Below are positions 11,024 through 23,522 of a stretch of DNA of 30,328 nucleotides, in pieces. Source of the DNA: Octopus sinensis (Eukaryota); NCBI RefSeq assembly GCF_006345805.1, contig NW_021832630.1:1-30328 (forward strand), read 5' to 3'. A model generated the notes under the pieces. The model was given only the letters and a program-made list of their open reading frames with translations, did not search any database and was not told the DNA's origin. Position numbers and translations under genes: made by a program. Numbering within the stretch: position 1 is the first letter of the stretch; the number at the start of each line of letters is the position of its first letter.

Positions 11024-11321
11024 TAATGAACGTGAAATACAGGAAGGGACGAACACGGAACACAGACAAATCATTCGAAGCCTTCAATCTTCAGTCAGAC
11101 ACCGAATCATCATAGCAAATTTCGGCTGTTCAATTCTGATATTTGCTCCAACTCGGCCAGCCCCAAGAAAAAAACTAAGCTGTAAGCATTAGATTTCTTG
11201 GTAGAAGATAGGAATGTGAACGCACAAGACGGATGTAAATACAAGAGACGAAAACGAAATTGAAAACAGTAATGAATAAACAAAATATATATAACGGTGG
11301 TTGTCATACGACTTTAGACCA
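11024..11321. repeat. 298 bp direct repeat, copy 1
   Basis: One mismatch seen versus 11717-12014; ORFs 10953-11192/11700-11885 and 11110-11307/11803-12000 repeat accordingly. Confidence 0.97.
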
Positions 11322-11716
11322 ATGAGACAAAACAACAACAACATAGCAGCTGGCGTAGAAATAATTACCGTTTCGGTAGCGGGGACACATGTGGTCAAGA
11401 TACGATGGCCAACAGAATGGTTAAGAATCACAGTCGCAGGAGAGAGAGAGAAAAGAAGACAGAGAGAGGGGAATCAAGAGGGTGGAAGGCAGGGGACAGA
11501 ATCAGTGACCAAGAGAAAAGGAGAAGAAGGGATTAAGGAGGATGGGAGGAAGAGGGGGGAAGAATCGGAGGGCGCCAAAATAGTTTGGTGAAGAAGCAAT
11601 GGCGGGTAGGAAAGACAGTGTGTATAGAAGTCGTGCAGGGTTTAAAATTGGACAAACAAACGGGGGTGGGGGTGCACGTAACGCCGCAATAATATAAGAA
11701 TGAATGTTTTTATATA

Positions 11717-12014
11717 TAATGAACGTGAAATACAGGAAGGGACGAACACGGAACACAGACAAATCATTCGAAGTCTTCAATCTTCAGTCAGACACCGAAT
11801 CATCATAGCAAATTTCGGCTGTTCAATTCTGATATTTGCTCCAACTCGGCCAGCCCCAAGAAAAAAACTAAGCTGTAAGCATTAGATTTCTTGGTAGAAG
11901 ATAGGAATGTGAACGCACAAGACGGATGTAAATACAAGAGACGAAAACGAAATTGAAAACAGTAATGAATAAACAAAATATATATAACGGTGGTTGTCAT
12001 ACGACTTTAGACCA
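11717..12014. repeat. 298 bp direct repeat, copy 2
   Basis: See copy 1. Confidence 0.97.
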
Positions 12015-12172
12015 TATATATATATGCATGTATTCGAGTATGTACATATATATGTATATCTATCATCTATACTTACATACATACGTAAATACATACATAC
12101 ATGCATACCTATCTATCCATCAATCTTATCTATCTATATATATATATATGTGTATATATAAACACATATATA

Positions 12173-12261
<89 letters not shown>

Positions 12262-12339
12262 ATATGAGCTGTAACAAACTTTCGAGAAAGCTCTTCACCA
12301 TTTTCCCGTTATTTCCAAATATCAAACTATTTTTGCTTT

Positions 12340-12500
12340 CGTACTTACAGCTAAAAGCCAAAGTATTTGTAGTTGTACTAAAAGCCGAAAGCTGCTCTTT
12401 ATTTTGTTTTTCCTACTTGTATTAAAAGTACATGCATTTGTAATTCTGGCTAACAGTACATGTATCTGTAGTAAACACACTAGCACTTTTAGCTATAGCT
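12340..12500 (+). repeat. Dispersed ACTAAAAGT-motif repeat, copy 3
   Basis: Aligns with copies 1 and 2. Confidence 0.7.
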
Positions 12501-12845
12501 GTAATTCTAGTAACGATAGTTGCTAGAACAGATACAGTAAATGCGTCTGTTCTATTTATCTAATGAGGAAAATACCACCAACGCCAGAGGTATCCCCGAA
12601 GCACCCGCTGGCGTGTGTATTGTCAGCGTAGTTATTATGTTACATCGACAGGCATGTACCTACATGCGCACTTATACAGAGCCCACTCACTCCCCACACG
12701 ACAAAGTGTTATACACACACACACACACAAAATATATATATGGAGTCCTGTTAGGGGTCACCTCTTTTGTGTATAAATGTACACCAATTTTAGTTGAAAA
12801 AATATATATGTATATATATATATAAATAATATATATATATATTAC

Positions 12846-12882
12846 ATATTATTATTATTACTATTATTATTATTATTATTAT

Positions 12883-12953
<71 letters not shown>

Positions 12954-12987
12954 TTATTATTATTATTATTATTATATTATTACTATA

Positions 12988-13028
<41 letters not shown>

Positions 13029-13035
13029 TATTATT
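12846..13035. repeat. (ATT/ACT)n tract, tail of adjacent retroposon
   Basis: Visible. Confidence 0.95.
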
Positions 13036-13510
13036 GAGTGAGAGAGCAGTGCATGCCATCAAAGTGACACTGGGGTAAAATATACGAAGCCCAATATACC
13101 CATCATGACTACCCGTCTGATAAAGGTACACCAGGCACATGCATCACAACCATATGTGCGCGACATGGTGATCTCATATCAAGATAAACAGCACATGACC
13201 TTGCAGGTGGGGCCCAGTTAGAATTTTCTTCAGGTTGAGTAGCCCATCCCGCTCAAAAGGTCCCTGAATAAGGGCTGTTTAAGGATGTTGAAAGAACCAC
13301 TCATCTTTCCAGAGGTGGATTATTCAAACCCCAAAGAATCCCTCTCAACACATGGCTATGATGCTCCCCCACTACTTCTGCTCGTGATCAGAGATGCACA
13401 TATCGTCAGCCACTAAGGGACATGCTCAACTGGTTAAGGTCAAACAACTGACAAGCAAATCTGCGGTATTGAGCAGAATATTTGCTGTAGCCTATCTTTT
13501 ATACCAAGAC
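13036..13510 (-). mobile_element. Non-LTR retroposon 3' fragment with (AAT)n tail (family C), copy 1
   Basis: Closely matches 13564-13963 and 30303-30328; all end ...gcactgctctctcactc(aat)n on minus; no tRNA head or ORF seen. Confidence 0.8.
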
Positions 13511-13516
13511 TTATTA

Positions 13517-13563
<47 letters not shown>

Positions 13564-13963
13564 GAGTGAGAGAGCAGTGCATGCCATCAAAGTGACAGTG
13601 GGGTAAAATATACGAAGCCCAGTATACCCATCATGACTACCCGTCTGATAATGGTACACTAGGCACATGCATCACAACCATATGTGCGCGACATGGTGAT
13701 CTCATATCAAAATAAACAGCACATGACCTTGCAGGTGGGGCCCAGTTAGAATTTTCTTCAGGTCGAGTAACCCATCACACTTGAAAGGTCCCTGAATAAG
13801 GGTTGTTTAAGGATGTTGAACGAAACACCCATGTTTCCAGAGGTGAATTATTCAAACCCCAAAGAATCCCTCTCAACACATGGCTATGATGCTCCCCCAC
13901 TACTTCTGCTCGTGATCAGAGATACACATATCGTCAGCCACTAAGGGACATGCTCAACTGGTT
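13564..13963 (-). mobile_element. Family C copy 2, tandem, cut by a SINE A
   Basis: Direct repeat of copy 1; (ATT)n at 13512-13563. Confidence 0.8.
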
Positions 13964-13965
13964 AC

Positions 13966-14041
13966 GTCGACATAAACACACCAGCATCGGTTATCAAGCG
14001 ATTTTGAGGGGCGGGGGAACAAACACAGACACAGACACACA

Positions 14042-14081
<40 letters not shown>

Positions 14082-14250
14082 TATAGACGACGGGCTCCTT
14101 TCAGTTTCCGTCTACCAAATCCACTCACAAGGCTTTGGTCGGCGCGAGGCTATGGTAGAAGACACTTGCCAAAGATGCCACGCAGTGGGACTGAACCCAG
14201 AACCATGTGGCTGGTAAGCAAGCTACTTACTACACAGGTATTCCTGCGCC
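13966..14250 (-). mobile_element. SINE family A (head and body)
   Basis: Reverse complement starts ggcgcagga...tgtgtagtaagtagcttgcttacc...gggttcagtcccactgcgtggc. Confidence 0.9.
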
Positions 14251-14333
14251 TATATATATATATATCTTGTATATATTGTTTACACACATTTTCTATTGTA
14301 ATTGAGTACTTTATTTTGTGGTTGTCCCAATCG

Positions 14334-14379
<46 letters not shown>

Positions 14380-14405
14380 ACACATATGTATATATACATA
14401 TACAT

Positions 14406-14569
14406 ATAGACGACGGGCTTCTTTCAGTTTCCGTCTACCAAATCCACTCACAAGGCTTTAGTCGGCCCGAGGCTATTGTAGAAGACACTTGTCCAAGGTG
14501 CCACGCAGTGGGACTAAACCCGGAACCATGTGGTTGGTAAGCAAGCTACTTACCACACAACCACTCCTA
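14406..14569 (-). mobile_element. SINE family A head
   Basis: Same head sequence. Confidence 0.9.
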
Positions 14570-14857
14570 CACACATACACCCTAAACAAACACACCGTAT
14601 ATAAAACACACCGCCACGTCACAGAACACATGCACACATGCATGCATGTATAAATGTACAAACAGACAATTATGAAACATAAGAGTATCTTTGTATCTAG
14701 CTTCTATAGAAGAAAAAAAGTACAAAAATAGGTTAGTGTAAATATAACCTAGAAAAAATGTACTTTAACACTATAGAAATGTAAAGAATAAATTGAAAAA
14801 AAAAAAAAGAACAGGCAACTGAAACGGAATACAAACAGGAAAAAACAAAAGAGAAAC

Positions 14858-14923
14858 GGAATAATAATAATAGCAGTAGTAGTAGTAATAGTAGTAGTAG
14901 TTGTAATAATAATAACAATAACA

Positions 14924-14965
<42 letters not shown>

Positions 14966-14967
14966 GC

Positions 14968-15023
<56 letters not shown>

Positions 15024-15078
15024 TAATGGTAGTAGTAGTAGTAATAATACTAGTAATGATAATAATAACAATAATAAT

Positions 15079-15126
<48 letters not shown>

Positions 15127-15213
15127 TAATGATAATGGTAGTAGTGTAGTAATAATACTAGTAATGATAATAATAACAATAATAATATTAATAATAATAA
15201 TAACAATAATAAT

Positions 15214-15284
<71 letters not shown>

Positions 15285-15310
15285 CAACAACAACAATAAT
15301 AATAATAATG
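14858..15310. repeat. (AAT/TAG)n tract with an internal ~70 bp duplicated variant block
   Basis: atgataatggtagtag..gtaataatactagtaatgataataataacaataataatatt occurs near 15019 and 15129. Confidence 0.9.
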
Positions 15311-15480
15311 TGCAGAAACAGTAACAACAGCAACAGGAAAAGCGCCAACAGCAACAACAACAGCAGCAGCATGTCTTTTTCTATTTTGCAACCAATGTCT
15401 AATGTAATTCCCGTTTTAGCATAACCCCCAAGGTATTTGCCGCTGACAATATTTGAACGCTGGGAATAAATATAGTAGTA

Positions 15481-15544
<64 letters not shown>

Positions 15545-15751
15545 TTTCATTTCTTTGCCGCCAGGGTGAAGAATGAGACGGACAATACAAAGACAGACAT
15601 GATAATAAAGAAGAAGATGATGATGATATTAAATTCGTCCGTCAACGCAAGAAAAAGGCCAGAGACGTATAGCACCGCCTTAATCAATGCGACTAGTGTA
15701 AATTGTATTAACCATTATGGTGTAACTTAAAATTGAATAAAACATTTTTCC

Positions 15752-16231
15752 GTCACCGGCGGTGCCGCCGCCACCGCCGCTGCCGCTGCCGCCGCCGCCA
15801 CCGCCACTGCCCGCCACCGCCGCTGCCGCCGCCACCGCCGCTGCCGCAGCCACCGCCGCTGTCGCCGCTCTCCGCCGCCCGCCGCCGCTGCCGCCGCCGC
15901 TGCCGCCGCCGCTGCCGCCGCCGCGTCCGCCGCCGCTGCCGCCGCCGCTGCCGCGCCGCTGCCGCGCCGCTGCCGCGCCGCTGCCGCGTCGCTGCCGCTG
16001 CCGCCGCCGCTGCGCCGCCGCTGCCGCCGCTACCGCTGCCGCGCCGCCGCCACTGCCGCCGCCGTAGCCGCTGCCGCCGCCGCTGCCGCTGCCACCGCCC
16101 CCGCCGCTGCCGCTGCTGCCGCCGCTACCGCTGCCGCCGCCGCTGCCGCTGCTGCCGCCGCTGCCGCTGCCGCCGCCGCCGCCACTGCCTCTGCTCACCG
16201 CCGCTGTCGCCACCGCTACCGCCGCTGCCGC

Positions 16232-16280
<49 letters not shown>

Positions 16281-16820
16281 TTCGTCGCTGCCGCCGCTGT
16301 CGCCGCTGCCGCCGCCACCGCTGCCACCTCCACCGCTCCCACCGCCGCTATCTCCACCGCTACCGCCGCCGCCGTCGCTGCCGCTGCCGTCGCAACCGCT
16401 GCCGTCGCTACCGCTGCCGTCGCTACCGCTGCCGTCGCTACCGCTGCCGTCGCTACCGCTGCCGTCGCTACCGCTGCCGCCGCTCACGCTGCCGCCGCCG
16501 CTGCTACAGCTACCGCTACCGCCGCCGCCGCTACACCACCGTCACCGTCACCCTCATCACACACCAACATCATTATCCTCATCTTCATCATCACCAGCTG
16601 TAATACCGCCACCACCACCACCACCACCAACACCAACACCGCCACCAGCACCATTACCACCCCAACACCTCCACTACCACCGAACCAAGTGTCACCACCA
16701 CCACCACCACCACCACCGTCACCATCACCACCATGACACACTATTAACACTAACAGTAGCAGCAGCACCACCACCACCACTACCACCAGCACCACCATCA
16801 CCACTGCCTCCAGCACCACC
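15752..16820. repeat. GC-rich (CCG/CTG/TCG)n tract grading into (CCA)n
   Basis: Visible; contains (ccgctgtcg)x5 at 16231-16275 and (ccgctgccgtcgcta)x6 at 16381-16470. Confidence 0.95.
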
Positions 16821-17194
16821 GTAACGCTGCAGGGGTACGGTTAGAGCAAATTCGACACGTGGATAAGTTATGATTATGAGCAGGATAGCTAGTCTTACCA
16901 AGAAACGGTCTGAGGAAAATTTATCACAGACTCACATTCTCACAGACAACGTTGCTAAATTGCGTAAAGCCCGCGGTAACAGTTCTTTCCCTTTTTGTCT
17001 CAGCAGCCGTGTATATCTATCTGCCCGATGGATAGATATTTGCTATGAGTTTTTCTAGACATATTGTCCAATCTTTTTTTAAACTTCACCATGCTTTCCT
17101 GGAGAATGTCCCCAAGTATTCACAAAGCGAACGTTACAAAACGAAAGTTGCGTTAAGCTCCACCACTCTTGTTGCTTATAAATTTTCTTATGAA

Positions 17195-17422
17195 GGCGGC
17201 GAGCTGGCAGAAACGTTAGCACGCCGGGCGAAATGCGTAGCCGTATTTCGTCTGCAGTTACGTTCTGGGTTCAAATTCCGCCGAGGTCGACTTTGCCTTT
17301 CATCCTTTCGGGGTCGATAAATTAAGTACCAGTTCACTGGGGTCGATGTAATCGACTTTATCCGTTTGTCTGTCCTTGTTTATCCCCTCTGTATTTAGCT
17401 CCTTGTGGGTAGTAAAGAAATA
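17195..17422 (+). mobile_element. SINE family B, full length, with probable 13 bp TSD
   Basis: tataaattttctt at 17177-17189 and 17423-17435. Confidence 0.92.
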
Positions 17423-17639
17423 TATAAATTTTCTTGTCGTGCTATTAAGTTAGACATGGCCTGGGCCAATAATGGCCGAAACCTATCAAAGTATCAAAGT
17501 GCCCAACCTACACATTGCCATTTCTCAAATGATCATGAAATATATCTTCACCAATCACGCGTGTGCAGACTCCACTTACGATCTTAATAACTTTTACTGC
17601 ATCCCTGGCTAACCTTGCCATGTGAGTGACCCATTTGAT

Positions 17640-17800
17640 GACTGTCTGGGGCTAGTGGAGCCTGACAGACGATGCATGATGGAACCTGGAATGATGGTGG
17701 AGATAGGAGCTGATGAAGTTGTAGTTGTGCCAGCCAATTTCTCGAGAGTGGCACAGAAGATTTGTAAAGGACAGATTATGGGACTGTGCCTGGCAGGAGA
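17640..17800 (+). mobile_element. Possible Ty3/gypsy pol relic (post-protease beta-rich segment)
   Basis: CLGLVEP...VEIGADEVVVVPANFSRVAQKICKGQIMG resembles the V.V.N.S....I.KG..IG pattern found between protease and RT; recalled pattern only. Confidence 0.3.
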
Positions 17801-17896
17801 CCAGCAGCAGTGTTGGCTGTGTAGCTGCAGGAGGGTCTCAGGTGAAGTGGTGGTCTGCCTGTGCATTTATAAGATCTGTTTACATGGAGTCACCAG

Positions 17897-18101
17897 TGGG
17901 AATCAGCGTTCTTGCCTTGTACCAAACTTGTACCAAACTTGTACCAAATGATAGTTCCATCAGCGATTTTACTTGAAGTGTAATTGAGAAATACTCTAGC
18001 AACCTACACGGTAATCCAATGAACGACATCGTCGAAACAGACGGAGATCCACTTAATTTTCTTTATATGTATGTGTCTGAATGTGAACATTTTATGTACA
18101 A
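17897..18101 (+). repeat. Left arm of ~200 bp inverted repeat
   Basis: Reverse complement of 20584-20777 with 5 substitutions and an 11 bp cttgtaccaaa duplication. Confidence 0.95.
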
Positions 18102-18278
18102 CTAGCAGTATCGCCCGGCGTTGCTCGGGTTTGTAAGGGAAATAACTATAAAGCATTTTTAGAGAGTTATAGCAAAAAAATGCATTAAAAATGGGAAAAA
18201 AATGATGGTAAATTTTTTTTTTAATCGTTGACTCATCGTAGACATTTTTAGAGAGTTACTTCCCTTATATAATAGGGA
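18102..18278 (-). mobile_element. Non-autonomous Helitron-like element
   Basis: Minus-strand 3' end CCCGAGCAACGCCGGG hairpin, 8 nt, CTAG, then T; putative 5' end TCCCTATTATATAA; internal repeat catttttagagagtta x2. Confidence 0.7.
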
Positions 18279-18454
18279 AGACCGATAGATGGTGCTCAGG
18301 TGTTGTGGTTGAGGGAGGTAGCTGATAGTGTTAGATCAGTTTCCAATGTCGTTCATCGCATGAGACTCCTCTGGGTGTCGAGATAAGCTTTCTGGCTTTT
18401 CGTTGTTCATTTTTCTGCCATTTCAATGGTCATTACTCTTTTATCTTTTATCTT

Positions 18455-18604
18455 TAATCTCTCATTTGTTTCAGTCGTATGATTACGGCCATGTTGGGGC
18501 ACCGCCTTGAAGAATTCTAAGTTGAATGAATCGACCCCAGTACTTAATTTTCATTAAAAACAATTTTGGTATTAATTCTATCGGTCTTTTTTGCCGAACC
18601 GCTA
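18455..18604 (-). mobile_element. SINE family A variant, 3' part
   Basis: ttgtttcagtcg...ggccatgttggggcaccgcctt...atcgaccccagtactt...ctatcggtcttttttgccgaaccgct. Confidence 0.8.
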
Positions 18605-18917
18605 GAGTTAGGGTTCGGGGTGGGGGAAGGGTATCTTTTTTTCTTCACAAATGTAAATAAACCCAATCTGTTTCTTAAAGGAAGGACATATTCATACGGC
18701 ACAGAATGCTTTCACCTCAATAGACGGTCATTGATTGGTCAAAATTGCCGAAATGCAAGATATTAAAGACGTAATATGTTACAAACTACAGAATTTTCTC
18801 AAGAAAGCCAAGAGAAGATGATGTTTTATAAACACATCCTACCAGTATACGAAGTTTAAAATTTTTTAGTTACCTAGAAATTATGTTTAAAAACTGCCGT
18901 TCAAACCGAAAAGATCC
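18605..18917. mobile_element. Probable half of a TIR-type repeat ending aactgccgttcaaaccgaaaagatcc
   Basis: Recalled octopus repeat; partner end is not in the window. Confidence 0.35.
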
Positions 18918-19400
18918 TTGATTTCTTTTGTCTTTCCTGAGGGCATTTGACCCCCTGATGGTCGGAGCTGCTGCATGTGTAGCACCTAGTTCTAATGCAC
19001 TCTATCACAATTCTCGTTTGATCATCATTCTTCGACTGAATGAAGTTGAAGCAATATATAGAATGCTCTCAGCATGACTATCGTCTACCATGTATAATAT
19101 TCTATCGGAATTTTAAAAACTATTTCTGGCTGGAGGTTAATTTCGGGACGATAGTTGTTCCCTCTCAATTCGTGCACCTCACTGACTATCATTGAGTCCA
19201 GTGCCCACTAATTTTACTGGTGCTGACTGTAGTGACCCCTTTCAGAGATGAATAACGAAGTGGATACATTGCCAAAAGCACTAGTGTGAAGGAGTGTGCA
19301 CGTTTGCATATGTGATTGAATGCGTGCTTGCATGCGTGTGTCTTAAACAAAAGAAAAAAGAAAAACAGTTACATTTAAGCGAAGGAAACGAAGGTTAAAT

Positions 19401-19454
<54 letters not shown>

Positions 19455-19555
19455 CAACAAACGTCCAACAGATTGCTGTAAGAGTTGATGTGATTAGGAA
19501 TGGAAGCCAAGTGTTTTGTCAGCGTAATTGGTTTCAATAAATAAATAAAAAATCG

Positions 19556-19693
19556 CGCGCGCACATACTCACACACACACAGAGAAAATATACATGCATG
19601 CATTTATACATAGATACGTACATGCATGTGCACGTATGGAAGGACTCACACACACATATGTACACATATACAAACACATACACTCATACACAG

Positions 19694-19770
<77 letters not shown>

Positions 19771-19898
19771 CAGTCACATACAGACATATACAAATACAGG
19801 TACGCAAACACTTATACATACAGACACAAAAACACAAACATATATATATATGATGACAGAAACATCAACAACCACACAGACGCACGCAAAAGCACATG

Positions 19899-19960
<62 letters not shown>

Positions 19961-20482
19961 GCATTCACATACACAGAAACAGTTGAATACATACACACAG
20001 AGATCCATACGGTAACACATATACACACATATACAAACTAAGACAACCGGTTAAGACAGATAAACACACACACTTACACACACATATCCACGTACACATA
20101 TATAGTAATGGATATATACAGACAAACACACACACACACACACACATACAAACTGGTATATAGACAGATAAGTAGAAACACACATACACACACACAAACA
20201 TATACAAACACACATTTACAGAGATACATACATATAAATACACGCAGATATATATCTAAATACGCACATATACAGATACACAAATGCACACATTGAGACA
20301 CAAATACATATACATACACAGTGGCATACTGACACACACACACACACAGGTATGCATATATGCATACAAACATATCCACACATATTCAGAGAATCCCAGG
20401 GACATATACACATAAACACATGCATATATATCCACAGGCACACTTATACAATGCACACATACTGACACACACACACACTAAT
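19556..20482. repeat. Long degenerate (CA)n/(TA)n/(ACAT)n mosaic
   Basis: Visible. Confidence 0.95.
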
Positions 20483-20583
20483 ACTCAGGGAGATATACGA
20501 GGGGACAAAAAAGAAAGAAAAACGAATGAGAAAGATGAAAAACGAATAATGAAAGGGAACGACACCACTCGACCCCGTACATA

Positions 20584-20777
20584 TTGTACATAAAACGTTC
20601 ACATTCAGACACATACATATAAAGAAAATTAAGTGGATCTCCGTCTGTTTCGACGATGTCGTTCATTGGATTACCGTTTAGGTTGCTAGAGTATTTCTCA
20701 ATTACGCTTCAAGTAAAATCGCTGGTGGAACCATCATTTGGTACAAGTTTGGTACAAGGCAAGAACGCTGATTCCCA
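20584..20777 (-). repeat. Right arm of ~200 bp inverted repeat
   Basis: See left arm. Confidence 0.95.
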
Positions 20778-20799
20778 GGTATAAATCCATCGGACGGGA

Positions 20800-20951
20800 T
20801 TCTTTCAGATTCCTTCGCCCTTATCCCACTAACAAGGTTTTTGGTCAGCTCAAGACTATAGTAGAAGACATTTGTTCAAGGTGCTACGCAATTGGACTGA
20901 ACCCGGAACCATGTGGTTGGGAAGCAAGCTTCTTACCACACAGCCACGCCT
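20800..20951 (-). mobile_element. Diverged SINE family A head
   Basis: gactatagtagaagacatttgttcaaggtgctacgc..tggactgaacccggaaccatgtggttgggaagcaagcttcttaccacacagcca. Confidence 0.85.
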
Positions 20952-20972
20952 GATATATATATATATATGTGT

Positions 20973-21350
20973 GGAGGCGCAATGGCCCAGTGGTTAGGGC
21001 AGCGGACTCGCGGTCGTAGGATCGCGCTTTCGATTCCCAGACCGGGCGTTGTGAGTGTTTATTGAGCGAAAACACCTAAAAAGCTCCACGATGCTCCGGC
21101 AGGAATGGTGGTGATCCCTGCTGTACCCTTTCACCACAACTTTCTCTCACTCTTACTTCCTGTTTCTGGTGTATCTGTATTTCAAAGGGCCGGCCTTGTC
21201 ACTCTCTGTGTCACGCTGAATATCCCCGAGAACTACGTTAAGGGTACACGTGTCTGTGGAGTGCTCAGCCACTTACACGATAATTTCACGAGCAGGCTGT
21301 TCCGTTGATCGGATCAACTGGAACCCTCGTCGTCGTAACCGACGGAGTGC
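20973..21350 (+). mobile_element. tRNA-headed SINE family E
   Basis: ggcgcaatggcccagtggttagggcagcggactcgcggtcg...tttcgattccc (A and B boxes), then a ~300 bp non-tRNA body. Confidence 0.85.
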
Positions 21351-21429
21351 TTCCATTATCCATATAAATGTATGCGTGTGTGTGTTATATCTCTATATAT
21401 TAATATCTGCGTCACTATTAATTATATTG

Positions 21430-21525
21430 AACTGTCGTTTAGCCCCAGGTCACCTCTTTGATTCAGCAGACCTACATGCCCCGAGAAAGCATTCCAACGA
21501 CTACCATCCTCCACAAAGGTGTCTT
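21430..21525 (-). mobile_element. Possible retroposon 3' tail fragment
   Basis: tgtcgtttagccccaggtca...gcagaccta...gcattcca resembles a recalled octopus repeat end; single copy in window. Confidence 0.3.
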
Positions 21526-23195
21526 TTTTTGTTGTTGATATTTCTAGCTATTCCACCCCACTACGAAGAGAAAAAAGGTTCTGACAGTGTGGTTTATTAT
21601 TTTTTACATTTTATGCAAATAGTACAAAATGAGCAAATAAAGAAAGTGAGAGAAAAGGGATAGAGAGGAAAAAAGAGACAGAGGGAGTGGAGGAAGAGAG
21701 AAATAGTAGGTGAGAGAGAGAGGGAGAGGGAGAGAGAGAGAGAGAGAGAGAGAGACGGACAGTATCAAACAGTCCAGTCATCCATCTTATCCATCCATCC
21801 ATCCTTCGTCATTCGCATTCGTCATCATTCGTAGTCTCATTCGTATTGTATGAACTATTATAGTCATTCGTAAGAACTACCTTCTTATAAACTATCTGAT
21901 GTCGCTAACCAAACTATTGCTGCTTCTAATACAAGAAAAAAAAAAAGAACTAAAATATAAAGAAAAGCTAGAAAAAAATCCCCACTGTGAGTGCTGGTTG
22001 GGTTTATCAGCTGTCAATATGCATGCACACTCACTCACACACACACACACACACACTTGAAAGAAAAGTACAGATTTACACATTCATACATCAACGTATA
22101 CACAAGCGTTTGTAAGCACACACACACACACATATTTTTTCTTTTTTCCTTTTTTTCTTTTTTTTCTTTCTCGTTCGCTCTCTGTCTTTCTCTCTCTCTC
22201 TCTCTTTCTTTCTCTAACAAAACAGACTCACACTTATACATTACACGACGGTTACACCCACCAGATATGCTAGGCGGCATGTTTGTTGTTCAACAAGTAC
22301 TTGGGCACTTCGGAGGTTTATTTAATCTGAAATGAGGACGTGTGTTCTTATTTGCTCGATAAGTTTCTTTTTCAGACTTACGGTATACAAACGGTTTATT
22401 CTCTCTCTCCTCTCCCCCATATCTCTCTCTCTCACACACATTGGTATATATGGAGGAAAGCTTTTTTTCTACATATTCCATTAAGCACACGCCTGTTTTA
22501 TCTTCTTTATTTTACATTTTTAGCATATTCAATCCAAGAAAAGGATACTGTAACGCCCTGGAAACCTCAAATATGGAATCTGAAACTTTATTCTTCCAAA
22601 CTAATTGTAAAAAAGTTTATAACAAGTTGAAGTTGAGATGAAATAAATGCTATCTATGACAAAGGATAATTAACTTGTGTCAATAAAATAACCATAATTA
22701 TTGTAAAGAGGGGGAGATGGATTAAAAGAAGGAAGAAATAGAAATAAAATAAGACAAATGATAGGATGAATGTTGATGAAGCGCCAGAAAAGGCTGAGGC
22801 AAAACAATATCAGATGCTTGTGTATATATATATATATATATATAGTTTTAGTAGTGCAAATGTGGTGTCTCCTAATTGAGTAACCGGTACTTGTTGAAGC
22901 GATTGTATTTCCCGAATACCTCCGATTTGGTGTAAAATAAATGAAGTAGTTCACGAAGGATTTTTATAATTTTCTTCTCTAACAAGCATGGGGTGCAACT
23001 TATATTTTTATTTTGCGAAGTATTTCTCTTCCTTCCAAGGTAGCAAAACTAATGTTAGTCTACGTAATAAGTTAAAAGATATTGGCTTATAGATACAAAC
23101 GCATCACGCCACACCACTGGTTTACACACACCGTAACATATTAAATATATATATATAATATATATATATATATAATATATATATGTATACATAGG

Positions 23196-23361
23196 GGCGC
23201 AGGAGTGGCTGTGTGGTAAGTAGCTTCCTTACCAACCACATGTTTCCTTGGGCAAGTGTTTTCTACTATAGACTCGGGCCGACCAAAACCTTGTGAGTGG
23301 ATTTGGTAGACGGAAACTGAAAGAAGCCTGTCGTGTACATATATATATATATATATTTATA

Positions 23362-23416
<55 letters not shown>

Positions 23417-23493
23417 TGTCCCCCACCAACATCGCTCGACTAAAGGCGGCGCTCCAGCATGGCCGCAGTCAAATGACTGAAACAAGTAAAAGA
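23196..23493 (+). mobile_element. SINE family A with two internal deletions
   Basis: Head and tail present; B box and central module missing relative to 23966-24372. Confidence 0.9.
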
Positions 23494-23522
23494 CTAAAAA
23501 AAATATATGTATATATGTGTGT

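Noticed and set aside
15565-15741. Apparent last exon GEE*DGQYKDRHDNKEEDDDDIKFVRQRKKKARDV* with AG acceptor, in-frame TGA and AATAAA (selenoprotein idea)
   Set aside because: No SECIS (AUGA..AA..GA stem) downstream, no redox motif, and the acidic run comes from GAA/GAT repeats.
15733-16824. 363 aa R/C/P-rich ORF and its antisense G/A-rich ORFs
   Set aside because: GC triplet repeats lack stops in most frames; no splice or domain support.
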